Shown piece after piece: positions 38,601 to 52,299 of a stretch of 64,000 nucleotides of DNA. A program made the translations under genes and the position numbers. This stretch comes from Auanema rhodensis. Lineage: Eukaryota; Animalia; Nematoda. The stretch is taken from NCBI GenBank assembly GCA_964057225.1, contig OZ059900.1, positions 20,522,001 to 20,586,000 of the forward strand. The letters are read 5' to 3'. The notes beneath the pieces are model-generated. The model did not search any database and had not been told where the DNA came from. It saw only the letters and a list, made by a program, of their open reading frames with translations. Numbering within the stretch: position 1 is the first letter of the stretch; every line of letters starts with the position of its first letter.

Positions 38601-41600
38601 TATGCTAATTTCCTTAATTTTCTAACCCCTGTTTTTTTGTCGTGAAAGTGGAACTAGACGTTGTACGAACAATTTTGAACTAGGTTTCATTGACATTGCA
38701 TGAGTTTGAACACATGAAATCGTAAGTCAAAACCTTGTTTACAGCGAAATTTCCAAAAACTGGTTTTCCAGCATAATAAAATATTTCTAATGGGAAATAC
38801 TGTGTTTTTGTATTTTTCTAGTGTTTAGCATGTAAAATGCTTCATTTTAGTATGTAACACGCTGAAATTCGTTGCATTTGACGACTCATATGAACAAAAA
38901 TCGATTTAATCAATATTAGCCATAAGGGGCGTGCCCTCAGAATATGCTAATTTCCTTAATTTTCTAACCCCTGTTTTTTTGTCGTGAAAGTGGAACTAGA
39001 CGTTGTACGAACAATTTTGAACTAGGTTTCATTGACATTGCATGAGTTTGAACACATGAAATCGTAAGTCAAAACCTTGTTTACAGCGAAATTTCCAAAA
39101 ACTGGTTTTCCAGCATAATAAAATATTTCTCATGGGAAATACTGTGTTTTTGTATTTTTCTAGTGTTCAGCATGTAAAATGCTTCATTTTAGTATGTAAC
39201 ACGCTGAAATTCGTTGCATTTGACGACTCATATGAACAAAAATCGATTTAATCAATATTAGCCATAAGGGGCGTGCCCTCAGAATATGCTAATTTCCTTA
39301 ATTTTCTAACCCCTGTTTTTTTGTCGTGAAAGTGGAACTAGACGTTGTACGAACAATTTTGAGCTAGGTTTCATTGACATTGCATGAGTTTGAACACATG
39401 AAATCGTAAGTCAAAACCTTGTTTACAGCGAAATTTCCAAAAACTGGTTTTCCAGCATAATAAAATATTTCTCGTGGGAAATACTGTGTTTTTGTCTTTT
39501 TCTAGTGTTCAGCATGTAAAATGCTTCATTTTAGTATGTAACACGCTGAAATTCGTTGCATTTGACGACTCATATGAACAAAAATCGATTTAATCAATAT
39601 TAACCATAAGGGGCGTGCCCTCAGAATATGCTAATTTCCTTAATTTTCTAACCCCTGTTTTTTTGTCGTGAAAGTGGAACTAGACGTTGTACGAACAATT
39701 TTGAACTAGGTTTCATTGACATTGCATGAGTTTGAACACATGAAATCGTAAGTCAAAACCTTGTTTACAGCGAAATTTCCAAAAACTGATTTTCCAGCAT
39801 AATAAAATATTTCTCATGGGAAATACTGTGTTTTTGTATTTTTCTAGTGTTCAGCATGTAAAATGTTTCATTTTAGTATGTAACACGCTGAAATTTGTTG
39901 CATTTGACGACTCATATGAACAAAAATCGATTTAATCAATATTAGCCATAAGGGGCGTGCCCTCAGAATATGCTAATTTCCTTAATTTTCTAACCCCTGT
40001 TTTTTTGTCGTGAAAGTGGAACTAGACGTTGTACGAACAATTTTGAGCTAGGTTTCATTGACATTGCGTGAGTTTGAACACATGAAATCGTAAGTCAAAA
40101 CCTTGTTTACAGCGAAATTTCCAAAAACTGGTTTTCCAGCATAATAAAATATTTCTCGTGGGAAATACTGTGTTTTTGTATTTTTCTAGTGTTCAGCATG
40201 TAAAATGCTTCATTTAAGTATGTAACACGCTGAAATTCGTTGCATTTGACGACTCATATGAACAAAAATCGATTTAATCAATATTAGCCATAAGGGGCGT
40301 GCCCTCAGAATATGCTAATTTCCTTAATTTTCTAACCCCTGTTTTTTTGTCGTGAAAGTGGAACTAGACGTTGTACGAACAATTTTGAGCTAGGTTTCAT
40401 TGACATTGCGTGAGTTTGAACACATGAAATCGTAAGTCAAAACCTTGTTTACAGCGAAATTTCCAAAAACTGGTTTTCCAGCATAATAAAATATTTCTCG
40501 TGGGAAATACTGTGTTTTTGTATTTTTCTAGTGTTCAGCATGTAAAATGCTTCATTTTAGTATGTAACACGCTGAAATTCGTTGCATTTGACGACTCATA
40601 TGAACAAAAATCGATTTAATCAATATTAGCCATAAGGGGCGTGCCCTCAGAATATGCTAATTTCCTTAATTTTCTAACCCCTGTTTTTTTGTCGTGAAAG
40701 TGGAACTAGACGTTGTACGAACAATTTTGAACTAGGTTTCATTGACATTGCATGAGTTTGAACACATGAAATCGTAAGTCAAAACCTTGTTTACAGCGAA
40801 ATTTCCAAAAACTGGTTTTCCAGCATAATAAAATATTTCTAATGGGAAATACTGTGTTTTTGTATTTTTCTAGTGTTTAGCATGTAAAATGCTTCATTTT
40901 AGTATGTAACACGCTGAAATTCGTTGCATTTGACGACTCATATGAACAAAAATCGATTTAATCAATATTAGCCATAAGGGGCGTGCCCTCAGAATATGCT
41001 AATTTCCTTAATTTTCTAACCCCTGTTTTTTTGTCGTGAAAGTGGAACTAGACGTTGTACGAACAATTTTGAACTAGGTTTCATTGACATTGCATGAGTT
41101 TGAACACATGAAATCGTAAGTCAAAACCTTGTTTACAGCGAAATTTCCAAAAACTGGTTTTCCAGCATAATAAAATATTTCTCATGGGAAATACTGTGTT
41201 TTTGTATTTTTCTAGTGTTCAGCATGTAAAATGCTTCATTTTAGTATGTAACACGCTGAAATTCGTTGCATTTGACGACTCATATGAACAAAAATCGATT
41301 TAATCAATATTAGCCATAAGGGGCGTGCCCTCAGAATATGCTAATTTCCTTAATTTTCTAACCCCTGTTTTTTTGTCGTGAAAGTGGAACTAGACGTTGT
41401 ACGAACAATTTTGAGCTAGGTTTCATTGACATTGCATGAGTTTGAACACATGAAATCGTAAGTCAAAACCTTGTTTACAGCGAAATTTCCAAAAACTGGT
41501 TTTCCAGCATAATAAAATATTTCTCGTGGGAAATACTGTGTTTTTGTCTTTTTCTAGTGTTCAGCATGTAAAATGCTTCATTTTAGTATGTAACACGCTG

Positions 41601-43700
41601 AAATTCGTTGCATTTGACGACTCATATGAACAAAAATCGATTTAATCAATATTAACCATAAGGGGCGTGCCCTCAGAATATGCTAATTTCCTTAATTTTC
41701 TAACCCCTGTTTTTTTGTCGTGAAAGTGGAACTAGACGTTGTACGAACAATTTTGAACTAGGTTTCATTGACATTGCATGAGTTTGAACACATGAAATCG
41801 TAAGTCAAAACCTTGTTTACAGCGAAATTTCCAAAAACTGATTTTCCAGCATAATAAAATATTTCTCATGGGAAATACTGTGTTTTTGTATTTTTCTAGT
41901 GTTCAGCATGTAAAATGTTTCATTTTAGTATGTAACACGCTGAAATTTGTTGCATTTGACGACTCATATGAACAAAAATCGATTTAATCAATATTAGCCA
42001 TAAGGGGCGTGCCCTCAGAATATGCTAATTTCCTTAATTTTCTAACCCCTGTTTTTTTGTCGTGAAAGTGGAACTAGACGTTGTACGAACAATTTTGAAC
42101 TAGGTTTCCTTGACATTGCATGAGTTTGAACACATGAAATCGTAAGTCAAAACCTTGTTTACAGCGAAATTTCCAAAAACTGGTTTTCCAGCATAATAAA
42201 ATATTTCTCATGGGAAATACTGTGTTTTTGTATTTTTCTAGTGTTCAGCATGTAAAATGCTTCATTTTAGTATGTAACACGCTGAAATTCGTTGCATTTG
42301 ACGACTCATATGAACAAAAATCGATTTAATCAATATTAACCATAAGGGGCGTGCCCTCAGAATATGCTAATTTCCTTAATTTTCTAACCCCTGTTTTTTT
42401 GTCGTGAAAGTGGAACTAGACGTTGTACGAACAATTTTGAACTAGGTTTCATTGACATTGCATGAGTTTGAACACATGAAATCGTAAGTCAAAACCTTGT
42501 TTACAGCGAAATTTCCAAAAACTGGTTTTCCAGCATAATAAAATATTTCTCGTGGGAAATACTGTGTTTTTGTCTTTTTCTAGTGTTCAGCATGTAAAAT
42601 GCTTCATTTTAGTATGTAACACGCTGAAATTCGTTGCATTTGACGACTCATATGAACAAAAATCGATTTAATCAATATTAACCATAAGGGGCGTGCCCTC
42701 AGAATATGCTAATTTCCTTAATTTTCTAACCCCTGTTTTTTTGTCGTGAAAGTGGAACTAGACGTTGTACGAACAATTTTGAACTAGGTTTCATTGACAT
42801 TGCATGAGTTTGAACACATGAAATCGTAAGTCAAAACCTTGTTTACAGCGAAATTTCCAAAAACTGATTTTCCAGCATAATAAAATATTTCTCATGGGAA
42901 ATACTGTGTTTTTGTATTTTTCTAGTGTTCAGCATGTAAAATGTTTCATTTTAGTATGTAACACGCTGAAATTTGTTGCATTTGACGACTCATATGAACA
43001 AAAATCGATTTAATCAATATTAGCCATAAGGGGCGTGCCCTCAGAATATGCTAATTTCCTTAATTTTCTAACCCCTGTTTTTTTGTCGTGAAAGTGGAAC
43101 TAGACGTTGTACGAACAATTTTGAACTAGGTTTCCTTGACATTGCATGAGTTTGAACACATGAAATCGTAAGTCAAAACCTTGTTTACAGCGAAATTTCC
43201 AAAAACTGGTTTTCCAGCATAATAAAATATTTCTCATGGGAAATACTGTGTTTTTGTATTTTTCTAGTGTTCAGCATGTAAAATGCTTCATTTTAGTATG
43301 TAACACGCTGAAATTCGTTGCATTTGACGACTCATATGAACAAAAATCGATTTAATCAATATTAACCATAAGGGGCGTGCCCTCAGAATATGCTAATTTC
43401 CTTAATTTTCTAACCCCTGTTTTTTTGTCGTGAAAGTGGAACTAGACGTTGTACGAACAATTTTGAACTAGGTTTCATTGACATTGCATGAGTTTGAACA
43501 CATGAAATCGTAAGTCAAAACCTTGTTTACAGCGAAATTTCCAAAAACTGATTTTCCAGCATAATAAAATATTTCTCATGGGAAATACTGTGTTTTTGTA
43601 TTTTTCTAGTGTTCAGCATGTAAAATGCTTCATTTTAGTATGTAACACGCTGAAATTTGTTGCATTTGACGACTCATATGAACAAAAATCGATTTAATCA
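35700..43700 (-). repeat. Nested 3-mer (1026 bp) and 6-mer (2052 bp) higher-order repeats
   Basis: 'taagtatg' at 36111/37137/38163 (1026) then 40215 (2052); 'gtgtttagc' 38826/40878; 'tgtcttt' 39496/41548/42574; 'tttccttg' 42109/43135. Confidence 0.8.
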
Positions 43701-46700
43701 ATATTAGCCATAAGGGGCGTGCCCTCAGAATATGCTAATTTCCTTAATTTTCTAACCCCTGTTTTTTTGTCGTGAAAGTGGAACTAGACGTTGTACGAAC
43801 AATTTTGAACTAGGTTTCATTGACATTGCATGAGTTTGAACACATGAAATCGTAAGTCAAAACCTTGTTTACAGCGAAATTTCCAAAAACTGGTTTTCCA
43901 GCATAATAAAATATTTCTCATGGGAAGTACTGTGTTTTTGTATTTTTCTAGTGTTCAGCATGTAAAATGCTTCATTTTAGTATGTAACACGCTGAAATTC
44001 GTAGCATTTGACGACTCATATGAACAAAAATCGATTTAATCAATATTAGCCATAAGGGGCGTGCCCTCAGAATATGCTAATTTCCTTAATTTTCTAACCC
44101 CTGTTTTTTTGTCGTGAAAGTGGAACTAGACGTTGTACGAACAATTTTGAGCTAGGTTTCATTGACATTGCATGAGTTTGAACACATGAAATCGTAAGTC
44201 AAAACCTTGTTTACAGCGAAATTTCCAAAAACTGGTTTTCCAGCATAATAAAATATTTCTCGTGGGAAATACTGTGTTTTTGTATTTTTCTAGTGTTCAG
44301 CATGTAAAATGCTTCATTTTAGTATGTAACACGCTGAAATTCGTTGCATTTGACGACTCATATGAACAAAAATCGATTTAATCAATATTAACCATAAGGG
44401 GCGTGCCCTCAGAATATGCTAATTTCCTTAATTTTCTAACCCCTGTTTTTTTGTCGTGAAAGTGGAACTAGACGTTGTACGAACAATTTTGAACTAGGTT
44501 TCATTGACATTGCATGAGTTTGAACACATGAAATCGTAAGTCAAAACCTTGTTTACAGCGAAATTTCCAAAAACTGATTTTCCAGCATAATAAAATATTT
44601 CTCATGGGAAATACTGTGTTTTTGTATTTTTCTAGTGTTCAGCATGTAAAATGCTTCATTTTAGTATGTAACACGCTGAAATTCGTTGCATTTGACGACT
44701 CATATGAACAAAAATCGATTTAATCAATATTAGCCATAAGGGGCGTGCCCTCAGAATATGCTAATTTCCTTAATTTTCTAACCCCTGTTTTTTTGTCGTG
44801 AAAGTGGAACTAGACGTTGTACGAACAATTTTGAGCTAGGTTTCATTGACATTGCATGAGTTTGAACACATGAAATCGTAAGTCAAAACCTTGTTTACAG
44901 CGAAATTTCCAAAAACTGGTTTTCCAGCATAATAAAATATTTCTCATGGGAAATACTGTGTTTTTGTCTTTTTCTAGTGTTCAGCATGTAAAATGCTTCA
45001 TTTTAGTATGTAACACGCTGAAATTCGTTGCATTTGACGACTCATATGAACAAAAATCGATTTAATCAATATTAGCCATAAGGGGCGTGCCCTCAGAATA
45101 TGCTAATTTCCCTAATTTTCTAACCCCTGTTTTTTTGTCGTGAAAGTGGAACTAGACGTTGTACGAACAATTTTGAGCTAGGTTTCATTGACATTGCATG
45201 AGTTTGAACACATGAAATCGTAAGTCAAAACCTTGTTTACAGCGAAATTTCCAAAAACTGGTTTTCCAGCCTAATAAAATATTTCTCATGGGAAATACTG
45301 TGTTTTTGTATTTTTCTAGTGTTCAGCATGTAAAATGCTTCATTTTAGTATGTAACACGCTGAAATTCGTTGCATTTGACGACTCATATGAACAAAAATC
45401 GATTTAATCAATATTAGCCATAAGGGGCGTGCCCTCAGAATATGCTAATTTCCTTAATTTTCTAACCCCTGTTTTTTTGTCGTGAAAGTGGAACTAGACG
45501 TTGTACGAACAATTTTGAGCTAGGTTTCATTGACATTGCATGAGTTTGAACACATGAAATCGTAAGTCAAAACCTTGTTTACAGCGAAATTTCCAAAAAC
45601 TGGTTTTCCAGCATAATAAAATATTTCTCATGGGAAATACTGTGTTTTTGTATTTTTCTAGTGTTCAGCATGTAAAATGCTTCATTTTAGTATGTAACAC
45701 GCTGAAATTCGTTGCATTTGACGACTCATATGAACAAAAATCGATTTAATCAATATTAGCCATAAGGGGCGTGCCCTCAGAATATGCTAATTTCCTTAAT
45801 TTTCTAACCCCTGTTTTTTTGTCGTGAAAGTGAAACTAGACGTTGTACGAACAATTTTGAGCTAGGTTTCATTGACATTGCATGAGTTTGAACACATGAA
45901 ATCGTAAGTCAAAACCTTGTTTACAGCGAAATTTCCAAAAACTGGTTTTCCAGCATAATAAAATATTTCTCATGGGAAATACTGTGTTTTTGTACTTTTC
46001 TAGTGTTCAGCATGTAAAATGCTTCATTTTAGTATGTAACACGCTGAAATTCGTTGCATTTGACGACTCATATGAACAAAAATCGATTTAATCAATATTA
46101 GCCATAAGGGGCGTGCCCTCAGAATATGCTAATTTCCTTAATTTTCTAACCCCTGTTTTTTTGTCGTGAAAGTGGAACTAGACGTTGTACGAACAATTTT
46201 GAGCTAGGTTTCATTGACATTGCATGAGTTTGAACACATGAAATCGTAAGTCAAAACCTTGTTTACAGCGAAATTTCCAAAAACTGGTTTTCCAGCATAA
46301 TAAAATATTTCTCGTGGGAAATACTGTGTTTTTGTATTTTTCTAGTGTTCAGCATGTAAAATGCTTCATTTTAGTATGTAACACGCTGAAATTCGTTGCA
46401 TTTGACGACTCATATGAACAAAAATCGATTTAATCAATATTAGCCATAAGGGGCGTGCCCTCAGAATATGCTAATTTCCTTAATTTTCTAACCCCTGTTT
46501 TTTTGTCGTGAAAGTGGAACTAGACGTTGTACGAACAATTTTGAGCTAGGTTTCATTTACATTGCATGAGTTTGAACACATGAAATCGTAAGTCAAAACC
46601 TTGTTTACAGCGAAATTTCCAAAAACTGGTTTTCCAGCATAATAAAATATTTCTCATGGGAAATACTGTGTTTTTGTATTTTTCTAGTGTTCAGCATGTA

Positions 46701-49130
46701 AAATGCTTCATTTTAGTATGTAACACGCTGAAATTCGTTGCATTTGACGACTCATATGAACAAAAATCGATTTAATCAATATTAGCCATAAGGGGCGTGC
46801 CCTCAGAATATGCTAATTTCCTTAATTTTCTAACCCCTGTTTTTTTGTCGTGAAAGTGGAACTAGACGTTGTACGAACAATTTTGAGCTAGGTTTCATTG
46901 ACATTGCATGAGTTTGAACACATGAAATCGTAAGTCAAAACCTTGTTTACAGCGAAATTTCCAAAAACTGGTTTTCCAGCATAATAAAATATTTCTCGTG
47001 GGAAATACTGTGTTTTTGTATTTTTCTAGTGTTCAGCATGTAAAATGCTTCATTTTAGTATGTAACACGCTGAAATTCGTTGCATTTGACGACTCATATG
47101 AACAAAAATCGATTTAATCAATATTAGCCATAAGGGGCGTGCCCTCAGAATATGCTAATTTCCTTAATTTTCTAACCCCTGTTTTTTTGTCGTGAAAGTG
47201 GAACTAGACGTTGTACGAACAATTTTGAGCTAGGTTTCATTGACATTGCATGAGTTTGAACACATGAAATCGTAAGTCAAAACCTTGTTTACAGCGAAAT
47301 TTCCAAAAACTGGTTTTCCAGCATAATAAAATATTTCTCGTGGGAAATACTGTGTTTTTGTATTTTTCTAGTGTTCAGCATGTAAAATGCTTCATTTTAG
47401 TATGTAACACGCTGAAATTCGTTGCATTTGACGACTCATATGAACAAAAATCGATTTAATCAATATTAGCCATAAGGGGCGTGCCCTCAGAATATGCTAA
47501 TTTCCTTAATTTTCTAACCCCTGTTTTTTTGTCGTGAAAGTGGAACTAGACTTTGTACGAACAATTTTGAGCTAGGTTTCATTTACATTGCATGAGTTTG
47601 AACACATGAAATCGTAAGTCAAAACCTTGTTTACAGCGAAATTTCCAAAAACTGGTTTTCCAGCATAATAAAATATTTCTCATGGGAAATACTGTGTTTT
47701 TGTATTTTTCTAGTGTTCAGCATGTAAAATGCTTCATTTTAGTATGTAACACGCTGAAATTCGTTGCATTTGACGACTCATATGAACAAAAATCGATTTA
47801 ATCAATATTAGCCATAAGGGGCGTGCCCTCAGAATATGCTAATTTCCTTAATTTTCTAACCCCTGTTTTTTTGTCGTGAAAGTGGAACTAGACGTTGTAC
47901 GAACAATTTTTAGCTAGGTATCATTGACATTGCATGAGTTTGAACACATGAAATCGTAAGTCAAAACCTTGTTTACAGCGAAATTTCCAAAAACTGGTTT
48001 TCCAGCAGAATAAAATATTTCTCGTGGGAAATACTGTGTTTTTGTATTTTTCTAGTGTTCAGCATGTAAAATGCTTCATTTTAGTATGTAACACGCTGAA
48101 ATTCGTTGCATTTGACGACTCATATGAACAAAAATCGATTTAATCAATATTAGCCATAAGGGGCGTGCCCTCAGAATATGCTAATTTCCTTAATTTTCTA
48201 ACCCCTGTTTTTTTGTCGTGAAAGTGGAACTAGACGTTGTACGAACAATTTTGAGCTAGGTTTCATTGACATTGCATGAGTTTGAACACATGAAATCGTA
48301 AGTCAAAACCTTGTTTACAGCGAAATTTCCAAAAACTGGTTTTCCAGCATAATAAAATATTTCTCATGGGAAATACTGTGTTTTTGTATTTTTCTAGTGT
48401 TCAGCATGTAAAATGCTTCATTTTAGTATGTAACACGCTGAAATTCGTTGCATTTGACGACTCATATGAACAAAAATCGATTTAATCAATATTAGCCATA
48501 AGGGGCGTGCCCTCAGAATATGCTAATTTCCTTAATTTTCTAACCCCTGTTTTTTTGTCGTGAAAGTGGAACTAGACGTTGTACGAACAATTTTGAGCTA
48601 GGTTTCATTGACATTGCATGAGTTTGAACACATGAAATCGTAAGTCAAAACCTTGTTTACAGCGAAATTTCCAAAAACTGGTTTTCCAGCATAATAAAAT
48701 ATTTCTCATGGGAAATACTGTGTTTTTGTATTTTTCTAGTGTTCAGCATGTAAAATGCTTCATTTTAGTATGTAACACGCTGAAATTCGTTGCATTTGAC
48801 GACTCATATGAACAAAAATCGATTTAATCAATATTAGCCATAAGGGGCGTGCCCTCAGAATATGCTAATTTCCTTAATTTTCTAACCCCTGTTTTTTTGT
48901 CGTGAAAGTGGAACTAGACGTTGTACGAACAATTTTGAGCTAGGTTTCATTGACATTGCATGAGTTTGAACACATGAAATCGTAAGTCAAAACCTTGTTT
49001 ACAGCGAAATTTCCAAAAACTGGTTTTCCAGCATAATAAAATATTTCTCATGGGAAATACTGTGTTTTTGTATTTTTCTAGTGTTCAGCATGTAAAATGC
49101 TTCATTTTAGTATGTAACACGCTGAAATTC

Positions 49131-49135
49131 GTTTG
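49131..49135 (-). other. 5-bp deletion in one monomer
   Basis: 'aattcgtttgacgac' instead of 'aattcgttgcatttgacgac'. Microhomology is 'tt'. Confidence 0.9.
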
Positions 49136-52100
49136 ACGACTCATATGAACAAAAATCGATTTAATCAATATTAGCCATAAGGGGCGTGCCCTCAGAATAT
49201 GCTAATTTCCTTAATTTTCTAACCCCTGTTTTTTTGTCGTGAAAGTGGAACTAGACGTTGTACGAACAATTTTTAGCTAGGTTTCATTGACATTGCATGA
49301 GTTTGAACACATGAAATCGTAAGTCAAAACCTTGTTTACAGCGAAATTTCCAAAAACTGGTTTTCCAGCAGAATAAAATATTTCTCGTGGGAAATACTGT
49401 GTTTTTGTATTTTTCTAGTGTTCAGCATGTAAAATGCTTCATTTTAGTATGTAACACGCTGAAATTCGTTGCATTTGACGACTCATATGAACAAAAATCG
49501 ATTTAATCAATATTAGCCATAAGGGGCGTGCCCTCAGAATATGCTAATTTCCTTAATTTTCTAACCCCTGTTTTTTTGTCGTGAAAGTGGAACTAGACGT
49601 TGTACGAACAATTTTGAGCTAGGTTTCATTGACATTGCATGAGTTTGAACACATGAAATCGTAAGTCAAAACCTTGTTTACAGCGAAATTTCCAAAAACT
49701 GGTTTTCCAGCATAATAAAATATTTCTCATGGGAAATACTGTGTTTTTGTATTTTTCTAGTGTTCAGCATGTAAAATGCTTCATTTTAGTATGTAACACG
49801 CTGAAATTCGTTGCATTTGACGACTCATATGAACAAAAATCGATTTAATCAATATTAGCCATAAGGGGCGTGCCCTCAGAATATGCTAATTTCCTTAATT
49901 TTCTAACCCCTGTTTTTTTGTCGTGAAAGTGGAACTAGACGTTGTACGAACAATTTTGAGCTAGGTTTCATTGACATTGCATGAGTTTGAACACATGAAA
50001 TCGTAAGTCAAAACCTTGTTTACAGCGAAATTTCCAAAAACTGGTTTTCCAGCATAATAAAATATTTCTCATGGGAAATACTGTGTTTTTGTACTTTTCT
50101 AGTGTTCAGCATGTAAAATGCTTCATTTTAGTATGTAACACGCTGAAATTCGTTGCATTTGACGACTCATATGAACAAAAATCGATTTAATCAATATTAG
50201 CCATAAGGGGCGTGCCCTCAGAATATGCTAATTTCCTTAATTTTCTAACCCCTGTTTTTTTGTCGTGAAAGTGGAACTAGACGTTGTACGAACAATTTTG
50301 AGCTAGGTTTCATTGACATTGCATGAGTTTGAACACATGAAATCGTAAGTCAAAACCTTGTTTACAGCGAAATTTCCAAAAACTGGTTTTCCAGCATAAT
50401 AAAATATTTCTCGTGGGAAATACTGTGTTTTTGTATTTTTCTAGTGTTCAGCATGTAAAATGCTTCATTTTAGTATGTAACACGCTGAAATTCGTTGCAT
50501 TTGACCACTCATATGAACAAAAATCGATTTAATCAATATTAGCCATAAGGGGCGTGCCCTCAGAATATGCTAATTTCCTTAATTTTCTAACCCCTGTTTT
50601 TTTGTCGTGAAAGTGGAACTAGACTTTGTACGAACAATTTTGAGCTAGGTTTCATTTACATTGCATGAGTTTGAACACATGAAATCGTAAGTCAAAACCT
50701 TGTTTACAGCGAAATTTCCAAAAACTGGTTTTCCAGCATAATAAAATATTTCTCATGGGAAATACTGTGTTTTTGTATTTTTCTAGTGTTCAGCATGTAA
50801 AATGCTTCATTTTAGTATGTAACACGCTGAAATTCGTTGCATTTGACGACTCATATGAACAAAAATCGATTTAATCAATATTAGCCATAAGGGGCGTGCC
50901 CTCAGAATATGCTAATTTCCTTAATTTTCTAACCCCTGTTTTTTTGTCGTGAAAGTGGAACTAGACGTTGTACGAACAATTTTTAGCTAGGTTTCATTGA
51001 CATTGCATGAGTTTGAACACATGAAATCGTAAGTCAAAACCTTGTTTACAGCGAAATTTCCAAAAACTGGTTTTCCAGCAGAATAAAATATTTCTCGTGG
51101 GAAATACTGTGTTTTTGTATTTTTCTAGTGTTCAGCATGTAAAATGCTTCATTTTAGTATGTAACACGCTGAAATTCGTTGCATTTGACGACTCATATGA
51201 ACAAAAATCGATTTAATCAATATTAGCCATAAGGGGCGTGCCCTCAGAATATGCTAATTTCCTTAATTTTCTAACCCCTGTTTTTTTGTCGTGAAAGTGG
51301 AACTAGACGTTGTACGAACAATTTTGAGCTAGGTTTCATTGACATTGCATGAGTTTGAACACATGAAATCGTAAGTCAAAACCTTGTTTACAGCGAAATT
51401 TCCAAAAACTGGTTTTCCAGCATAATAAAATATTTCTCATGGGAAATACTGTGTTTTTGTATTTTTCTAGTGTTCAGCATGTAAAATGCTTCATTTTAGT
51501 ATGTAACACGCTGAAATTCGTTGCATTTGACGACTCATATGAACAAAAATCGATTTAATCAATATTAGCCATAAGGGGCGTGCCCTCAGAATATGCTAAT
51601 TTCCTTAATTTTCTAACCCCTGTTTTTTTGTCGTGAAAGTGGAACTAGACGTTGTACGAACAATTTTGAGCTAGGTTTCATTGACATTGCATGAGTTTGA
51701 ACACATGAAATCGTAAGTCAAAACCTTGTTTACAGCGAAATTTCCAAAAACTGGTTTTCCAGCATAATAAAATATTTCTCATGGGAAATACTGTGTTTTT
51801 GTATTTTTCTAGTGTTCAGCATGTAAAATGCTTCATTTTAGTATGTAACACGCTGAAATTCGTTGCATTTGACGACTCATATGAACAAAAATCGATTTAA
51901 TCAATATTAGCCATAAGGGGCGTGCCCTCAGAATATGCTAATTTCCTTAATTTTCTAACCCCTGTTTTTTTGTCGTGAAAGTGGAACTAGACGTTGTACG
52001 AACAATTTTGAGCTAGGTTTCATTGACATTGCATGAGTTTGAACACATGAAATCGTAAGTCAAAACCTTGTTTACAGCGAAATTTCCAAAAACTGGTTTT

Positions 52101-52299
52101 CCAGCATAATAAAATATTTCTCATGGGAAATACTGTGTTTTTGTATTTTTCTAGTGTTCAGCATGTAAAATGCTTCATTTTAGTATGTAACACGCTGAAA
52201 TTCGTTGCATTTGACGACTCATATGAACAAAAATCGATTTAATCAATATTAGCCATAAGGGGCGTGCCCTCAGAATATGCTAATTTCCTTAATTTTCTA

